Assembly (NCBI RefSeq): GCF_036971445.1
Contig: NC_091473.1
Span: 205,654,001 to 205,718,000 of the forward strand
From: Narcine bancroftii
Taxonomy: Eukaryota
DNA length: 64,000 nt
Direction: 5' to 3'
In this document: positions 27,207 through 39,972 of the stretch, piece by piece
How the letters are laid out: each line of letters starts with the position of its first letter
Position numbering within the stretch: position 1 is the stretch's first letter
Notes under the pieces: generated by a model
What the model was told of the DNA's origin: nothing
Seen by the model: the letters and a program-made list of their open reading frames with translations, nothing else
Databases searched by the model: none
Program-made: the position numbers and the translations under genes

Positions 27207-27427
27207 TTACACACACACACAGCCAACGGTTCAGGCTTGAGTCCTGCATTCAGGGAGGAACACTGATATCCAATAAAAATATTACCTTCTGTGTCCGCAG
27301 ACCAGTCACGTGTGTACACAGCCAAGTTGTCTGCTGTGAATCGATTGTTTCCGTCTTTCTCTCAGCCGTGCATGTGTTCCATGAGCCCCACACCGCGGCA
27401 GAGAAGCAACAAATCTGAATGAAATAA
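26803..27427 (+). pseudogene. Decayed TCR V pseudogene with leader (MSFFCSILIIIPRAP|gtaagt)
   Basis: Acceptor tttgcag at about 26922; LELSEEDCQTVTLNISYP..YIQ*PGH; A/(TA)n/(CA)n insertion; SAV..CSMSP then CACACCG (27389-27395). Confidence 0.7.
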
Positions 27428-27619
27428 AACCCGGAGGTTCTCGCGAGCACCTTCGAACGTTTCTTCTCTCCCCGGTAAACAGAAGTACTGCGAGAGAGAA
27501 ATGCATTTGAGCATTTAGCATGTACGATGCCAAGCTTCTCATCCAAGGCGCAGATAATCAATAGTCCCAACGTTCTTCACTTCATTCAAGATGGTTTTGG
27601 GAAGTTATAATAAGTTTTC

Positions 27620-28929
27620 AAATGCAGAACCTTTGGAAATTAACTGCATAAACAAGTTATCTGATGCTGAACTTCATAGAAAGAAGAGGGTTAAAATGAG
27701 GATGGAGATAAAATTGATCGTGATGCCCAAGCCTCAGTAAAGGCAGCGCTACTATATTGGTGTGGTCCCACTAAGAGGGAGAAGCTGAGACACAGCACTC
27801 TCGCGGGATCCAACCCTACAGCTCAGTGAAGGCTTTGAATGAGCCGTTTAAAGAGCCGGCGGTGGGTTTATTTAAAATAGCGCAATCGTGGGGTCTGCGC
27901 CAGTGATGGCGACGGGTATGATCTGCAGTCACCAGGGGTGCAGACTCCAGGGAGGAAGAAGAGTTTGGCAGGGGACCCAGAAGCGGCGCACATCCGCTGA
28001 CTTGAGGCGAGGAACCCACAGAGGCTTTGGGCTGTAGGAGACTGGGGTCAAGGGCTTTGCAGTAGGCTGTGGAATGCTGGAGATTGGGTTGAAATTGGCT
28101 GAAAGGTTACCAGATATTGGAACCAGGATTCAATAGGGGGACGAGTCTGCTGAAGGGTTTAGAATCATATTGGAGGTTTGGTCTGAATCTCAGTTCGCCG
28201 ATGGTTTGGTCTGTAATCCTGAGCGGTTTTAATCCTGCAGTATAAGATTGTTGCAATGCCTTCTGTTAAACCAGGAACCATGGAGAAAAATCATGCAAAT
28301 AGTGTCTTCAAGTTAACCTGCACACCTCACCGAAAATGTCCCACCCACACTGGTCGAATTTGCCAATCCTATCAATGAATTTGTCCGTCGAAATGTTTCA
28401 TTAAATTTGCAACAATACCTCCCCAGTTACCCCATATGATAGCTTGCTCCATTCACACACCGCACACGGTTTATGATGTATTCTGCGGCGGCGGAGGCTG
28501 CGGTGCCGATTGATGTGAATCCACGGATATTTGGAGACTCCAGGGGAACTCTATTTTTTTTTTAACTTTTCTGAATCTGACTGTAAAAGGCGCCTCAGGA
28601 AATTCTGCTGATGACGAATCTGTCCGATTACAACATCAATTTTGTGTAATACAACACTGTTTTATTTAGTGACTATAAATTTAATATTAAATCCTGATTC
28701 TTGACTCTTGAATCTATTGAATTGGATCCTAATCGGTGACTTTATTGAACCGTGCCTTTTGTGAAGCCTCCGTAGCAAAGTGCAGAAAATGCAATTAATT
28801 AGCCTGCGAATTGACAACAAGGAGAGAAGTGCGCCTCTGATCGATAGATATTGTTTCCGACTCTACTAAGTCTCTCCTTGGAATGAGATTCGCTGTGTGG
28901 CAGAGAAGCAGAAGTTCCAAACAGAAATG
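27620..28929 (+). pseudogene. V relic, probably split by an insertion of about 1 kb; 3' end and RSS remnant at about 28800-28929
   Basis: DNKERSAPL..IVSDST..GMR + CGCTGTG + 23 nt + ACAGAAATG; spacer shares ggcagagaagca with the RSS at 27389; 5' part tentative. Confidence 0.45.
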
Positions 28930-29291
28930 AACCAGTGCATTTTCAGCGAATGCATACAAGATGGCGGAGGCTCCATTGTAAAGGAAAATTATCCGAGACT
29001 AAAAGATTCTTGGTGGTTTCAACAAATGCTCTGTGAACATTCCTGAATTTCAAGTAAAAGGACCACAATTCTTCCAATGTTGTCCATGCTCGTTGTTTGT
29101 AAATAACACGCTCCGCCCCTATCAATATTAGTACCTATTAAACTAGCCATCTAGAAGAATATATATTTTCCGCCTTGATATCGAGGTAAATTATTGTAAA
29201 TTTATACTGAGTTATAAAAACTCTTGATATGATTAGAATATTTTTTTTGATATTCTGCATCCAGGAAGATTAGCGATTCACCAGAAACCCA

Positions 29292-29790
29292 ATGTTTCAG
29301 CAAATCTTTTGCTTGTTGCTGTTTTCAATTCCCGATATAGTGTGAGCACTGTGCCTTTCGGAAATCGCTGGTAAGCTCGTGGAATTTAAAGTTTAGTGAG
29401 ACCCGAAAGCTAGCTGTCATACCAGCTTTTGGTATTTCATTCTGAGAAATGCAGTTTTTGGAAATATGAGCTCTAATGTCCTGCTCCGTTAAATAAAGTT
29501 AATTCTTGTTTCTTGCACGTGAAGTGTTTGCTCGTGTGTGTGCTCCAGTGGTTGTACCGTGACCCTTCGCAGACCCCAAAATACATGGGCCTCTGTGGGA
29601 TAATGTAAACATTAAATTGCCTGAAGTATGTATCTGATTCTCTGAAAGGATTGACATGGTGCAGAAAATTTAAAAGTAAATTTGAAGCAGATTGGTATAT
29701 TTATATAATGTCTTGTTGAAAATGGATCTCTGAGAAGGTCCTCTCTGAGCCAACGTCTATTATATAAGTTCATACACTTAAACACACAGA
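29292..29790 (+). pseudogene. Divergent V relic, distantly family-C-like
   Basis: Leader-like MFQQIFCLLLFSIPDI; tccag acceptor at 29548; with frameshifts reads SQTPKY..NVNI-NCLKYVSDSLKGLTWCRK..NVYY. Confidence 0.45.
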
Positions 29791-30000
29791 ATGGTGTCTC
29801 AGCAACAGGATGCAGACAACTTGAGCAATTTTGGCATTTAGTGTCAGAGTGCCCTCCTGTTTCGTGAATGTGTTTCCAACAAGACTCTTCTCGGCAGTTC
29901 CTGGGAAATGTTTTTCCATTAAAAGGGCTGGAAATTGAAACACTAAATTTAGTGCAGAGGAGATCTTAGAGACTGAAGAATAGTGAGAGACAGAAAGTGT

Positions 30001-30004
<4 letters not shown>

Positions 30005-30078
<74 letters not shown>
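30005..30078. repeat. (GA)n microsatellite
   Basis: Seen directly. Confidence 0.98.
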
Positions 30079-30082
<4 letters not shown>

Positions 30083-30261
30083 GTGGGATCAAGCACGCAG
30101 GAAAGAGAATCGTATAGCCAGAAATTTCCTCATTATGTCGCTAGCAAATCAGAAACCGCAGATCTGCTCATATTCTCGTGTCAAGCGAAGAACCTGCGCC
30201 TGATCAGTGTCGCATTCGAAATACCAAATCCACAGCAGACACACATTGAAACCAATTCGCT

Positions 30262-30409
30262 CATCCCCTCTCTGGTTGACGCTGAAAATGTTATCTGTGT
30301 TTCCCGGTGAAACCCTGTATCAATGGATCTGTCGTGCCCCGTGCCTACAGTTCAGTTCCAAGCTGATCACAGTTTTCCTGTTTTGTTGTAGGGGACTTTG
30401 GCGACGGTT
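30262..30409 (+). pseudogene. Family-B V 5' remnant (leader, intron, about 18 bp of V exon) truncated by a Gypsy element
   Basis: PLWLTLKMLSVFP-G|gtgaaa; intron homologous to 39574-39658; ag|GG GAC TTT GGC GAC. Confidence 0.8.
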
Positions 30410-33400
30410 TGTTATTGCGTACTTTCTTGTGTCGAGTAGGTGGGTGAGGTAAACCAAACAAATTACTTTACTGAACACAACGAACCATGCTAGACATGGT
30501 AGAGAGGGGGAGATCGTTCCCACGGTGTGGCTTCTGGTCCCTGCCAATATTAGAATCAAATAATATGCACTCGTGGACCTCGCACATGCGCAACATGCTG
30601 TTGCAAGTACGGTGGCTGCAATGTGGTTATAGTGGGTACAGATAAGCTGATGACAGCGGCTGTCTACGTCCCTGACATGTCACATACCTTCTACTAGTGC
30701 AATAATATGTACAAACAAACACTTTTCATTCAACCCAGTTCAGTACCTGTATTTTGGGTTGGGCTTACAGACGAGAGCAGCGCATATTTTGTAATAGCCA
30801 TCCGCTGATATGGATGGTTAGGGCAACTTTTCCTGATTGTTTCTGCTGTCCACAGGCTGAGGGGCAATGTCCATCACGTCTCCTGTTGTTACGAGGAGGG
30901 GGGCTCTTGTCTATCCAGGGATCAGTTTCCAACTCCAAACGTGCCGATTTGTCTTGGTTGTTTTTAGATGGAGTGACTCTCCGACTGGGAGGATGCATCG
31001 TCTGTTCTTCGTGTATATCCGCCCCCGAACGAACCAGATAAGACCTGGGTTGTAGCCAGTTAATTTCCACGATACCCAGCTGATCGTAACCTTGTGAACG
31101 ATTTGCCCTTTGGTCAATGGCATGATAGACCACCTCGTTTATAGTAACCTGTTTATCAGCTGGACTTTGATGTCATACGGGTCCTTTGGTTCGGGCCCCA
31201 GAAGTCTCCTTGCCACTGGTAGAGTAGTGCTGGTCTGCCTGTACATTAACCAGTGCGCTGGCGAGACCAGGGTTGTGTCGTGGCGGCACGTTTCTTAAGT
31301 TTTGTAGAGTGAGCGAAATGTCTGCCCTCTCTCTGTGGAAATTTTCCATTAGTTGCTTGGCACTTCTCACCGCATTTCGAACTAGCCCATTTGATTGTGT
31401 TTACTCTAGGCTGCTGGTGATGTGGCTGAAGTCTCATTCTGTGGCCAAATTGCGGAACCTCTAGCAAGTGAACTGTCTACCGTTGTCCGAGAGAAATGTG
31501 TGATCTGGCCCGTGTACCAAAGAATCCATTTTAATTTGATGATGACAGCCACAAAGGTTGCGATCTGGAGCAGGTCTATATCAAACCAGCCTGAGTATGA
31601 GTCTATTTGTATTATGTACTGTTGCCTCCGCCATGCAAAGATGTCGGAATCCTCGGTCGACCAGGGAAGGTCGGATACCGGGTCTAACTGCAATGGCTCT
31701 TTCTGCTGGTATGGCTTGGTATTATTTTCATCTATGTTCTCTGCCGTAGCTGGCCAAAAATAAATGCCCCTTATTCTCCGCCATGCAAAGATGTCGGAAT
31801 CCTCGGTCGACCAGGGAAGGTCGGATACCGGGTCTAACTGCAATGGCTCTTTCTGCTGGTATGGCTTGGTATTATTTTCATCTATGTTCTCTGCCGTAGC
31901 TGGCCAAAAATAAATGCCCCTTATTCTGCGTTTTATTGCTTCGGCGTCAGGTTGCCCGCTGTGCAGTATCTCCACAGTGTTCTGGGGATGCCTGCACTAA
32001 ATCCCTTCAAGATTACCCCATCATCAATAAACAAATCTTTGCTGTAGGGAACGGAAGGTTGCACTGATGGTGGCCAGCTGCGCTGCTTGGCTGGCCACCT
32101 GCCCTTAACGAAGATGCGCAAAGTAGTATGGGTTCCATGTGATGTTTTTACTTCATCCAGCCGGGCCTAGGAAATTTGGGTTAGGTCATCACATGGAAAC
32201 TGTCGTCTTCCACGACCAGCTGGACGATGCATTTTGAAGTATCGGCCAAATACATTTCCTTGCAGCACTTGTGTACTAGGGTAATAGGGTATTTCTTGAG
32301 CCTAAGCTCATACCCTGCTGTCTCTCTGGCGCTTCGTGTATTGGCTTGTTTATTGTGGTCATCAGAGGTAAGTGGTTGGTTTCTGTGGTGACTGACCTGG
32401 CATCGACAAAATCATTCATTTTTTGAGCAGGCGAAAACTATCGCCAGTAGCTCTTTTTCAAGTGAGCATACCTCGTTTCCATATCTGTAAGCGTCCAAGA
32501 AGAGTATTACTGGTTTTCCGTCCTGCATTCATGATTCCGTAGGCAGTACTGTGAGGCAACGCAGGTCAGCATCACCAGTCTACGTACGCCATATTAGGAG
32601 AGGACTGGCGTAAACCACATGTGTTTCTTTAGGGTATCGAATGCATTTTGTTATTGTTCGTGTAAGGTCCATTCAACGTCTCTATAGGTCAACTGTTCAA
32701 GGGGGCTGTCAGTTCAATGAAGTTGCAGATAAGCTTTCACAAGTCGTTCATCATGCCCAGGAACAGTTGTAGTGCAGCCATGTTCGTAGGCACCCTAATG
32801 TCATCGAAAGCTCTTGTTTTAGGAGTACCTGCCTTTAGGGAATTGCTGGTGAACATGTTGCCCAGATAGCTGTGTTGATTTACAAATGACTTGCTGAGAA
32901 CCAGGTTTACATTCAGTGCCTGATCGAACACCTTTCTACGGTTCGTATCATGCATTTATTGTTGAATATGATGGAACATAGGTACCTTTGGAATACCTCG
33001 CAAGTCGGCGTGATGCCAAAGAACATTCTGAAAAACTGTACCGACCAAACGCCGTGCTGAACGTGGTCAGTAGTGATTAGCGGTAGTCGATCAAGATGTG
33101 CCTGACGAGATGGTTAAACCCAGGACCGAGAATACCATTGCGCTGGCCATCTGTGCAGCATGATCATCCACGGCGTGCATGGAGCGATTTTGTTCTTACA
33201 GAGGTCTCATGGATTTATACATATTCTCATTCACGGTCCATCTTCATTTGGCGGCTATCATGAAGGACTCCATTTGGTTTTTTCCTTAGCTGAAGTGATG
33301 AAACCCATGTCCTGCATTCTGTCCAGCTCAGCCTTGAATTTATCCTTCATTGCTACTGGAATGTGGTGCACCAGACGGACTACAGTTCTTACGTCTATGA

Positions 33401-36350
33401 CTAGCCGCATGGAGTACATCACTGGCAGCCTTCAGAACTCATGTTGGAAATGTTAACTGTACTCAGAAAAATGTTTATGTGAGATATCGTCCTTGGAGTG
33501 GCTTATCTGATGGAGCTCGGTGCTAAATGAAACAAGCCCCATGTCCATGCACGCACTGAGGCCTAGCAGAGGTATGACTCCTGCGCAGACCTTGAAGGAA
33601 TTTATCATGTGGATCCTTCATTGTAAAAAAAAACATCACAGACACATCGTGCTGTTGGTCTGGATTCTGCTTACTCCATAAGCAATAGACTGATAGACGA
33701 TGAATGGTTTTACTTGTCTTGTCCCACCTCAGCTTGTTAAATGTCCTCAGTGTCACGAAATTGCATTTTCCCCAGTGTCGACTTTCATCCCATCTGTGGC
33801 GCTGTTGACTTTCATGGATGCCAAGATCTCTGCTGGGTTGCCTGCCATCCTCTTGGTAAGCCTATCAACCTATTACTCATCGTCGGTTTCTCTCCCTCTC
33901 TGCTCTGTTTCCAAGTGGTCGATGGTCCTCCTGGGTATAGTCCCTGCAGTAGTTTACTTCCTGGAACATCAGCACAAGCTGATATGATTCAATTTGTTGC
34001 AGTTCCTGCAATGCTGCCCGAACGCCGAGAGATCTCCCTTCTTAGCATGTGATCACATCTGCAGTTGCCACATATTGTCTTCGACGTAGGGTGGCCGGGC
34101 TGGCTTGGCTAGCTCTTCCTTATGACCTCATTCCACTGTCTGATCGCCAGTTCCGTCTGTATTGCATCAATGCTTATGGCCTGGTGGTGGGATAAAATGG
34201 GACCCCTTCGAGATCACGATGTAGGCTTCTTGAAAGCCAAAGGGGATGGAATACATTTTAAACTATCTTTTTTTCTTCGGTATTCATCAAAGAAAAGAAT
34301 ATTGAGCGCAATGTAGTGACGAAATTACGTAGGGAGTTCATGGATAATATAAGAATCAATGAGGTGTTAATGAAAGCTATAGGAATAAAAGATCAAGGTG
34401 GATAAATCTGCAGGTCCTGACAAAATATTCCAAAGGAATGTGAGGGAGGTTAGTGAGCAAATAGTGGGGGCGTTGACCGAAATACTTAAAATATCACTGG
34501 CCATGGAGGAGTACCAGAGGACTGGAAAGTGGCTCATGTTGTTCCACTGTTCAAATAAGGATCCCAAAATAAACCTGGTAATTTTAGGTCTGCACGTCGG
34601 ACGTCAGGCGTGGGTAAATTAATAAAAACTTTTCTGAGAGATGGTGCATATCACTATCTGGAAAGACAGGGATTGATTCGCTGTAGTCAGCATAGTTTTG
34701 TTCATGGTACATCATATCTAACATATATTATATAATTTTTCAAGGAAGTTACTAAAAAAGGTTGATGACAGGAAGGCGTTGGATGTTATCTATGTGGACG
34801 ACGGTAAGTTTTCTAAAGGGTTCCCCATACGAGGTTAATAAAAAAGGTAAAAACATTAGGTATTAATGATGAAGTAGTGAAATGGATTCAACAACATTTG
34901 GATGGAAAGTGCCAGAGAGTAGTGGTGGAAAATTTTATGTGGAATTGGAAGCCGGTGATGAGTGGAGTGCCTCAGGTGACGAGTGGAGTCCACTGCAGTT
35001 TGTCATATACATTAACGATCTTGATGATAGGGTGGATAATTGGATTTGTAAATTTGCAGATGATACAAGGGTTGGCGGTGTTGTGAACAGCGAGAAAGTT
35101 TATCAATGCTTACATGACGATATAGGACAGTTATAAAAGTTGGCTGGAAAATAGCAGATGGAGGTTAACACAGATAAATGTGATGTGATATAGCTTAGTC
35201 GGACTAATCAGAATAGGATATACATGTTAAATGATAGACAATTGAGAAGTGCAGTGGAGTAAATCGATTTGGGATTCATGGTACATAATTCCCTGAAAGT
35301 GAAATCACATATAGATAGGGTGGTGAAGAAGACATTTATTATGTTAGCTTTCATAAATCAAAGTATTGAATAGAGAAGTTGGAATGTTATGGTGAAATGT
35401 GTTAAGCATTGGTGAAGCAAAAGTTGGAATATTGGGTGCAGTTTTGGTCGCTGAATCATTGGAAGGATATAAACAGTAAAGAGAGGTTGCAGAGGAGCTT
35501 TACGAGAATTTAACTACGGTTTCATGGGTGGAGTTATAAGGAAAGGTTGAGCAGGCTTGGACTTTATTCCCTGGAGCATAGAAGATGGAGGAGTGATTTG
35601 ATAGAAATATTCATGATTATAGGGGGTAAGAAGGAGGGTTTTTCCATTGTGTATGGGGGGAGATTCAAGAAAGAGGGCATGGATTGAGAGTAAAAGTGTA
35701 TAGATTTGGGGAAACATGAGGGGGAATTTCTTCACGCAGAAGGTGGTGGGGGTATAGAATGAACTTCCAGCAGAGGTGGTAGAAGTGAGATCGTTGTTAA
35801 TATTTAAGGATAATTTGGATAACTATATGGATGGAAGTGGAGTGGAGGGTTCTGTACCGAATGTGCATTAGTAGAACTAGCTGGGAAAAGATGTTCGCCC
35901 CGCATAGTAGGGCCAAACTGGCCTACTTCTGTGCTGTAAATGGTTATATAGTTAAATTATCGACAGCCTTGGGCTGTTTTCCTCGGTAGGTTTGTACAGG
36001 TACATGCTGCGATGGCTTTGTGTAGTGTCTACTCACGGTCTTGCAGGAGCACCTTCCGCATATTATCATCGGAAATGCAAGAGATCGTTATGTCTTTACT
36101 TAGTCACAGAACATGCCGAACTCCCAGGGTTCCTCCCTGAAGTTTAAATCGCCGATGTCTGAGTGTATCGAATTGCCAAGCGTTTGATATATTCTGTTGA
36201 ATTTGTGCCTTTCCATTGTCATATTTTATGCGATTGGGTCGGGCCGTCTGAATGCGTCCGCCATCATGGCGCCTGTGCAAAACGTGGTTGTGGTTATTCA
36301 CTGCGGCAATGATTGGAAGTCATCTGGTTTCGGACGCTTTTGTTCCCACT
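30410..36350 (-). mobile_element. Ty3/Gypsy LTR retrotransposon (gag, protease, RT, RNase H, integrase), decayed; putative 3' LTR about 30410-30684
   Basis: Integrase LHSGQPD..IYFWP..QQKEPL..DSYSGWFD; ALQLFLGMMNDL; gag start MMADAFRRPDP at about 36270. Confidence 0.88.
34300..35950 (+). mobile_element. CR1-clade LINE, 3' fragment nested in the Gypsy gag
   Basis: DKSAGPDKI, SGVPQ, FVIYINDLDD..ICKFADDTRVGG; CR1-type 3' UTR. Confidence 0.92.
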
Positions 36351-37579
36351 ATGTTCGTTATTGCTTTATTAAAAACTAGTACAGTCGGCTTGTGAGACGT
36401 CCTTTTCTCTTCGCCATGTAGCCCTCTTGACGAGGAAGTGTTTGTGGTTTTGAATCAGGGAGATGCATCAATTATCAGAAACTTGAAGGGGGAGTGTTGA
36501 CCAAAAGAGGCGAATGGATTTGGTGGGATAGGGTGTGAAGCTTCTTGGATATACCATGTGAGGACACTATGCGGATTTCAGCTCACATCGAATGTATTTC
36601 ACATTTATTTCAACACCTTTTTCCAAAAGCACCTTGCGTACTCCACAACGTCATCTTTCACTTCACCAATCTCCTGCTATGCGGAGTTTTATGCAGTTTT
36701 CTGTGGGGAAATTGCTCTCGAATAACCCTTTGAGCTGAATGTTTATGGAAGCGCCTTACATATTGGGTCCAATCCAAAGCTCGAGATAATTATTTCCGTC
36801 GGAACCTGTGGCCGAATAACCCAATATAAAGACGTCCGATTTTTAAAGATTAACATCGCCTTGAGACTCTGTTGCCTCGAATAGTGTAGAAATTTATAAT
36901 CAGAGATACAAGTCGCTGTTATTAAACAGGATGCCTCGAGGGATATTATGCTCTCTGCCCCTTAACCACGGCAGTGGGTAGCGGATGCTTTTATCAGGTT
37001 GGGTCAATGCACAGAACTGCGGATCAGATCATGCATCGAACATTTATTTTAGAACTTCGGAAAAAGAAGGGATTGAAATCATTACGTTAACAGAGCTCTG
37101 GTACGAAACGCTGGTTTTGTTAAGATCGTGTGAGTAGGACCATGATGTTTCCTTCGAGAAATGGTGGGATCTTGAAAGAAACAATGAAATATCAAGGGCA
37201 AAGGGAGGGAGAGATCTTGCGAAGGAGAGACAGATGAAAAGAAGGAGCCGCGAAAATTGTCAACGGACATAAAATAAGAAAACATATAGACACGTAGAGC
37301 ATAGAAACATTACATACCTCTTAACTTAACCACGCCAATCAAAGTGTTCCACCCACACAAAACTACTTTGCAATCGTATGTACAATCAACTCATTCGGCA
37401 TCTTGTTCTACACATCCACCACACTCTACAGTTTCTTACCATTGGCCAACTTGTTAAATACATCTTCTTTCACAAATGGGGTGACCAATTACTTTACTCT
37501 GAGGAAAAGACTGCATTTCCCCTGATGTATTCGTCTCCTGATTACGTGTACAAATCGAAAACATCGCTGACCATCCTGG

Positions 37580-38200
37580 GGTCCAATTAATAAAGTCATA
37601 GCCTCGCCAACCTCTTCAAATAGCTCAGGCATCCGAGTCCTGGAAACATCCTGATAAATATTCTTTTCAAACTCTCCGTATTGGCAACATCTTTTCTATT
37701 ACACGATGACCAAATCAGAGCACAACAATCCAAATAGGACCGCATTAACAACTCATAAAGCTGCAGAATTACCTTCAAACATCTCTACTGATCTCTACTG
37801 GATCCGATGCAGGCAAATCGGCGGAGAGCCTTGTGACGAGCATATTTATCAATGTAGTGATACTAATTATCTGTACACCTCTGTCCGGCCATATTTATCA
37901 GATTCTTGCAATTCACTCTTTAGGTCATGACCACGTTCGATCTTCCAGACACAACAGCTCACTTTTCTGAAATAAATTCCAAATACTATTCAACGTCCGA
38001 CCAGCCCAATCTTTGAAGGTTTCACCATAATCTTTTTCAAACTTCTTCACAATCTAAAATGTCACACATCTCAGTTTCATGCGAAAGTTTGATCATCCTG
38101 CCACGAACATTTTAATTTTGTTGTGAAATTGGAAAAGTCCCAGTACAAAAGCCAACATGCGAATTACATCACCTGTGATAGATTTCAAGCTGTTATATCT
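37580..38200 (-). mobile_element. Ancient CR1 3' fragment (paralogous copies at about 46380-47000, 48850-49340, 61250-62090)
   Basis: ORF 37596-37778 VILQLYELLMRSYLDCCALIWS...RIFIRMFPGL is the CR1 C-terminal motif. Confidence 0.75.
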
Positions 38201-38339
38201 AACAGCCAATTTCATACTGGAAGAACACCACTTGGCAAAAAGAATATTGGCTGTTTATGAAATTTGTCAGACGTATTTTATGTCACAGGGCATAGAACAA
38301 ATATTAGTCAATCCGATTTGTGACCGGAAGTAAACTTGG

Positions 38340-38775
38340 TTAGTAGCCTGTTGTCCTACTGATAATTTCAACGTTACCCGGGGAGTTTTTTCTTAAGCGG
38401 CTCCTTTGGAAACTGTGATTTTGCTTTACTGCCAGCTACTGAAGATTGCACACATTGATATTGGACCATATGGCTATGATTCACAGTCTCAGAATCGTCT
38501 GAACTGACGCCAGAAGAGGAACGATCTGTAACAATTAATTGAAACTACACGACATTTGGTACACCTGGTGATCCGAAGAATATGCAAAGTACCTACTGAA
38601 GACATTCAAAATTGGATCAGCAGAGCGATTTATAGAATCTCGACACAGGTTTTCTGCTGTTTATCATCAGAAAATCTGGCATTCTACTTCTTCTATCTTG
38701 ACTCTGAGGCCGAGTGTTTCTGTGTGCCATGAGATCCACACTGTGTTGGAGTATCAGAATACACTTATAAAGACC
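38340..38775 (+). pseudogene. TCR V pseudogene (family D) with retained 23-RSS
   Basis: EEERSVTIN*NY (Cys23 is TGA)..WY..RFSAVY..FLCAMRS; CACACTG (38737-38743) + 23 nt + ATAAAGACC. Confidence 0.75.
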
Positions 38776-39404
38776 AATACCCTGTAGGTTCAGGGATCTC
38801 TCACTAAAATGCACACTAATCCGATAAACAGAATTGATCGGATGCAGATAATTTTCTTAGTTATCACCAAATGCATTTCAAAACTTATTTGATTCAAGAG
38901 ATGCGTCTCAATCCCTTCAATTTCCCCTTAGGCGATACGTCCCTCCACTTTCACCACTCACCCCACTTCCAAACCGAGCACAAAACAATCAACACATTTC
39001 CTCGGCGTTTGAACCTGGATGAGCATCGAACTGAAACTTTCTGCATGTCCATTTTGTTTTGCGATCGGGCCGTATCTCCCGCATTCTTCTAATCCAGTCG
39101 TATTGCTGATAATAAAAATGAAATAGATAGTTTGAGGTACAACATAGTTTATGCCTGTTGCAATGGGAAATGTGATGTAGCGGTTATGAGACACTCGGTC
39201 ACAGCGAGAAAGAGTGTGACAGGGAGAAAGAGAGGCAGTGGGAGGGAGAAAGATAGATAGAGGGTGTGAGAGAAAGAAAAAGAGAGAGAAAGAGCGTGAG
39301 CGAGCCGAAAATGCGTGGAAATGGATCTGGTGCTCTGAAACGAGTAACGGGCATTCAGAAATTTCCACTGTTTCAAGTGGCCAACGAATAGGGGGCGGCG
39401 GAAC

Positions 39405-39470
39405 CGCCCATATTCTCGCGTCAAACAAGATTATGCGACTGATCCGTGCAGCATCAGATTTCAAATGCGC
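39405..39470 (+). promoter_or_regulatory. Conserved family-B V promoter motif CATATTCTCGCGTCAA (contains CRE half-site CGTCA)
   Basis: Recurs at about 30169, 48438, 62222 and, degenerate, 45875, each about 90-130 bp upstream of the leader. Confidence 0.5.
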
Positions 39471-39527
39471 GGCATTTACAGCATGAAATTTCTATGTTCT
39501 TTCCCGTTTGTTTTGGAAGTCCTCACC

Positions 39528-39972
39528 ATGTTGCCTCTATGGTTCACGCTGATTATATCGTCCTTGTCTCCTGGTAAGTCGCTGTGAAAATGAAACTGTT
39601 GCGTCCTGTGACAGCGGTTCACTTTCAAGCTGATTAAAGTCTCCATGTTGTGTTGCAGGGGCCTTTGGCGACGAATCTATCTCCCAGTCTCTACTTGAGG
39701 TGTGGGTGGAAGAAGGACGAACAGTAACGCTGAACTGCAGCTACCCCTCAAAATTCAATGACTATAATGCTTTTTGGTACATCCAGTATCCTGGACATGC
39801 GCGGACATATGTAGTAAACATATTAAGCACTGGGTTCGAAGACAAGGCTTCAGAATTCCGCGATCGGTTTTCTGTTACTAATCAGAAAAGAAGCCGAATG
39901 GTTCCTTTAACTATCTCCAGCGTCGTTGTCTCCGACTCAGCCACGTGTCTCTTCGCGATGTCGCCCATATAG
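39528..39972 (+). CDS. TCR V (family B) open ORF: leader 39528-39573 + V exon 39659-39972; Cys104 is Phe and RSS is defective (ORF/pseudogene class)
   Basis: MLPLWFTLIISSLSP-G|gtaagt..gcag|AFGDESISQ..TLNCSYP..FWYIQYPG..DSATCLFAMSPI*; RSS CATATAG + 23 nt + TCAATAACA (39966-40004). Confidence 0.85.

Noticed and set aside
29347-29376. CACTGTG followed by TTCGGA..GTAAG, resembling a J segment
   Set aside because: No nonamer at 12 or 23 nt, the motif is FGNR rather than FGxG, and it is too short
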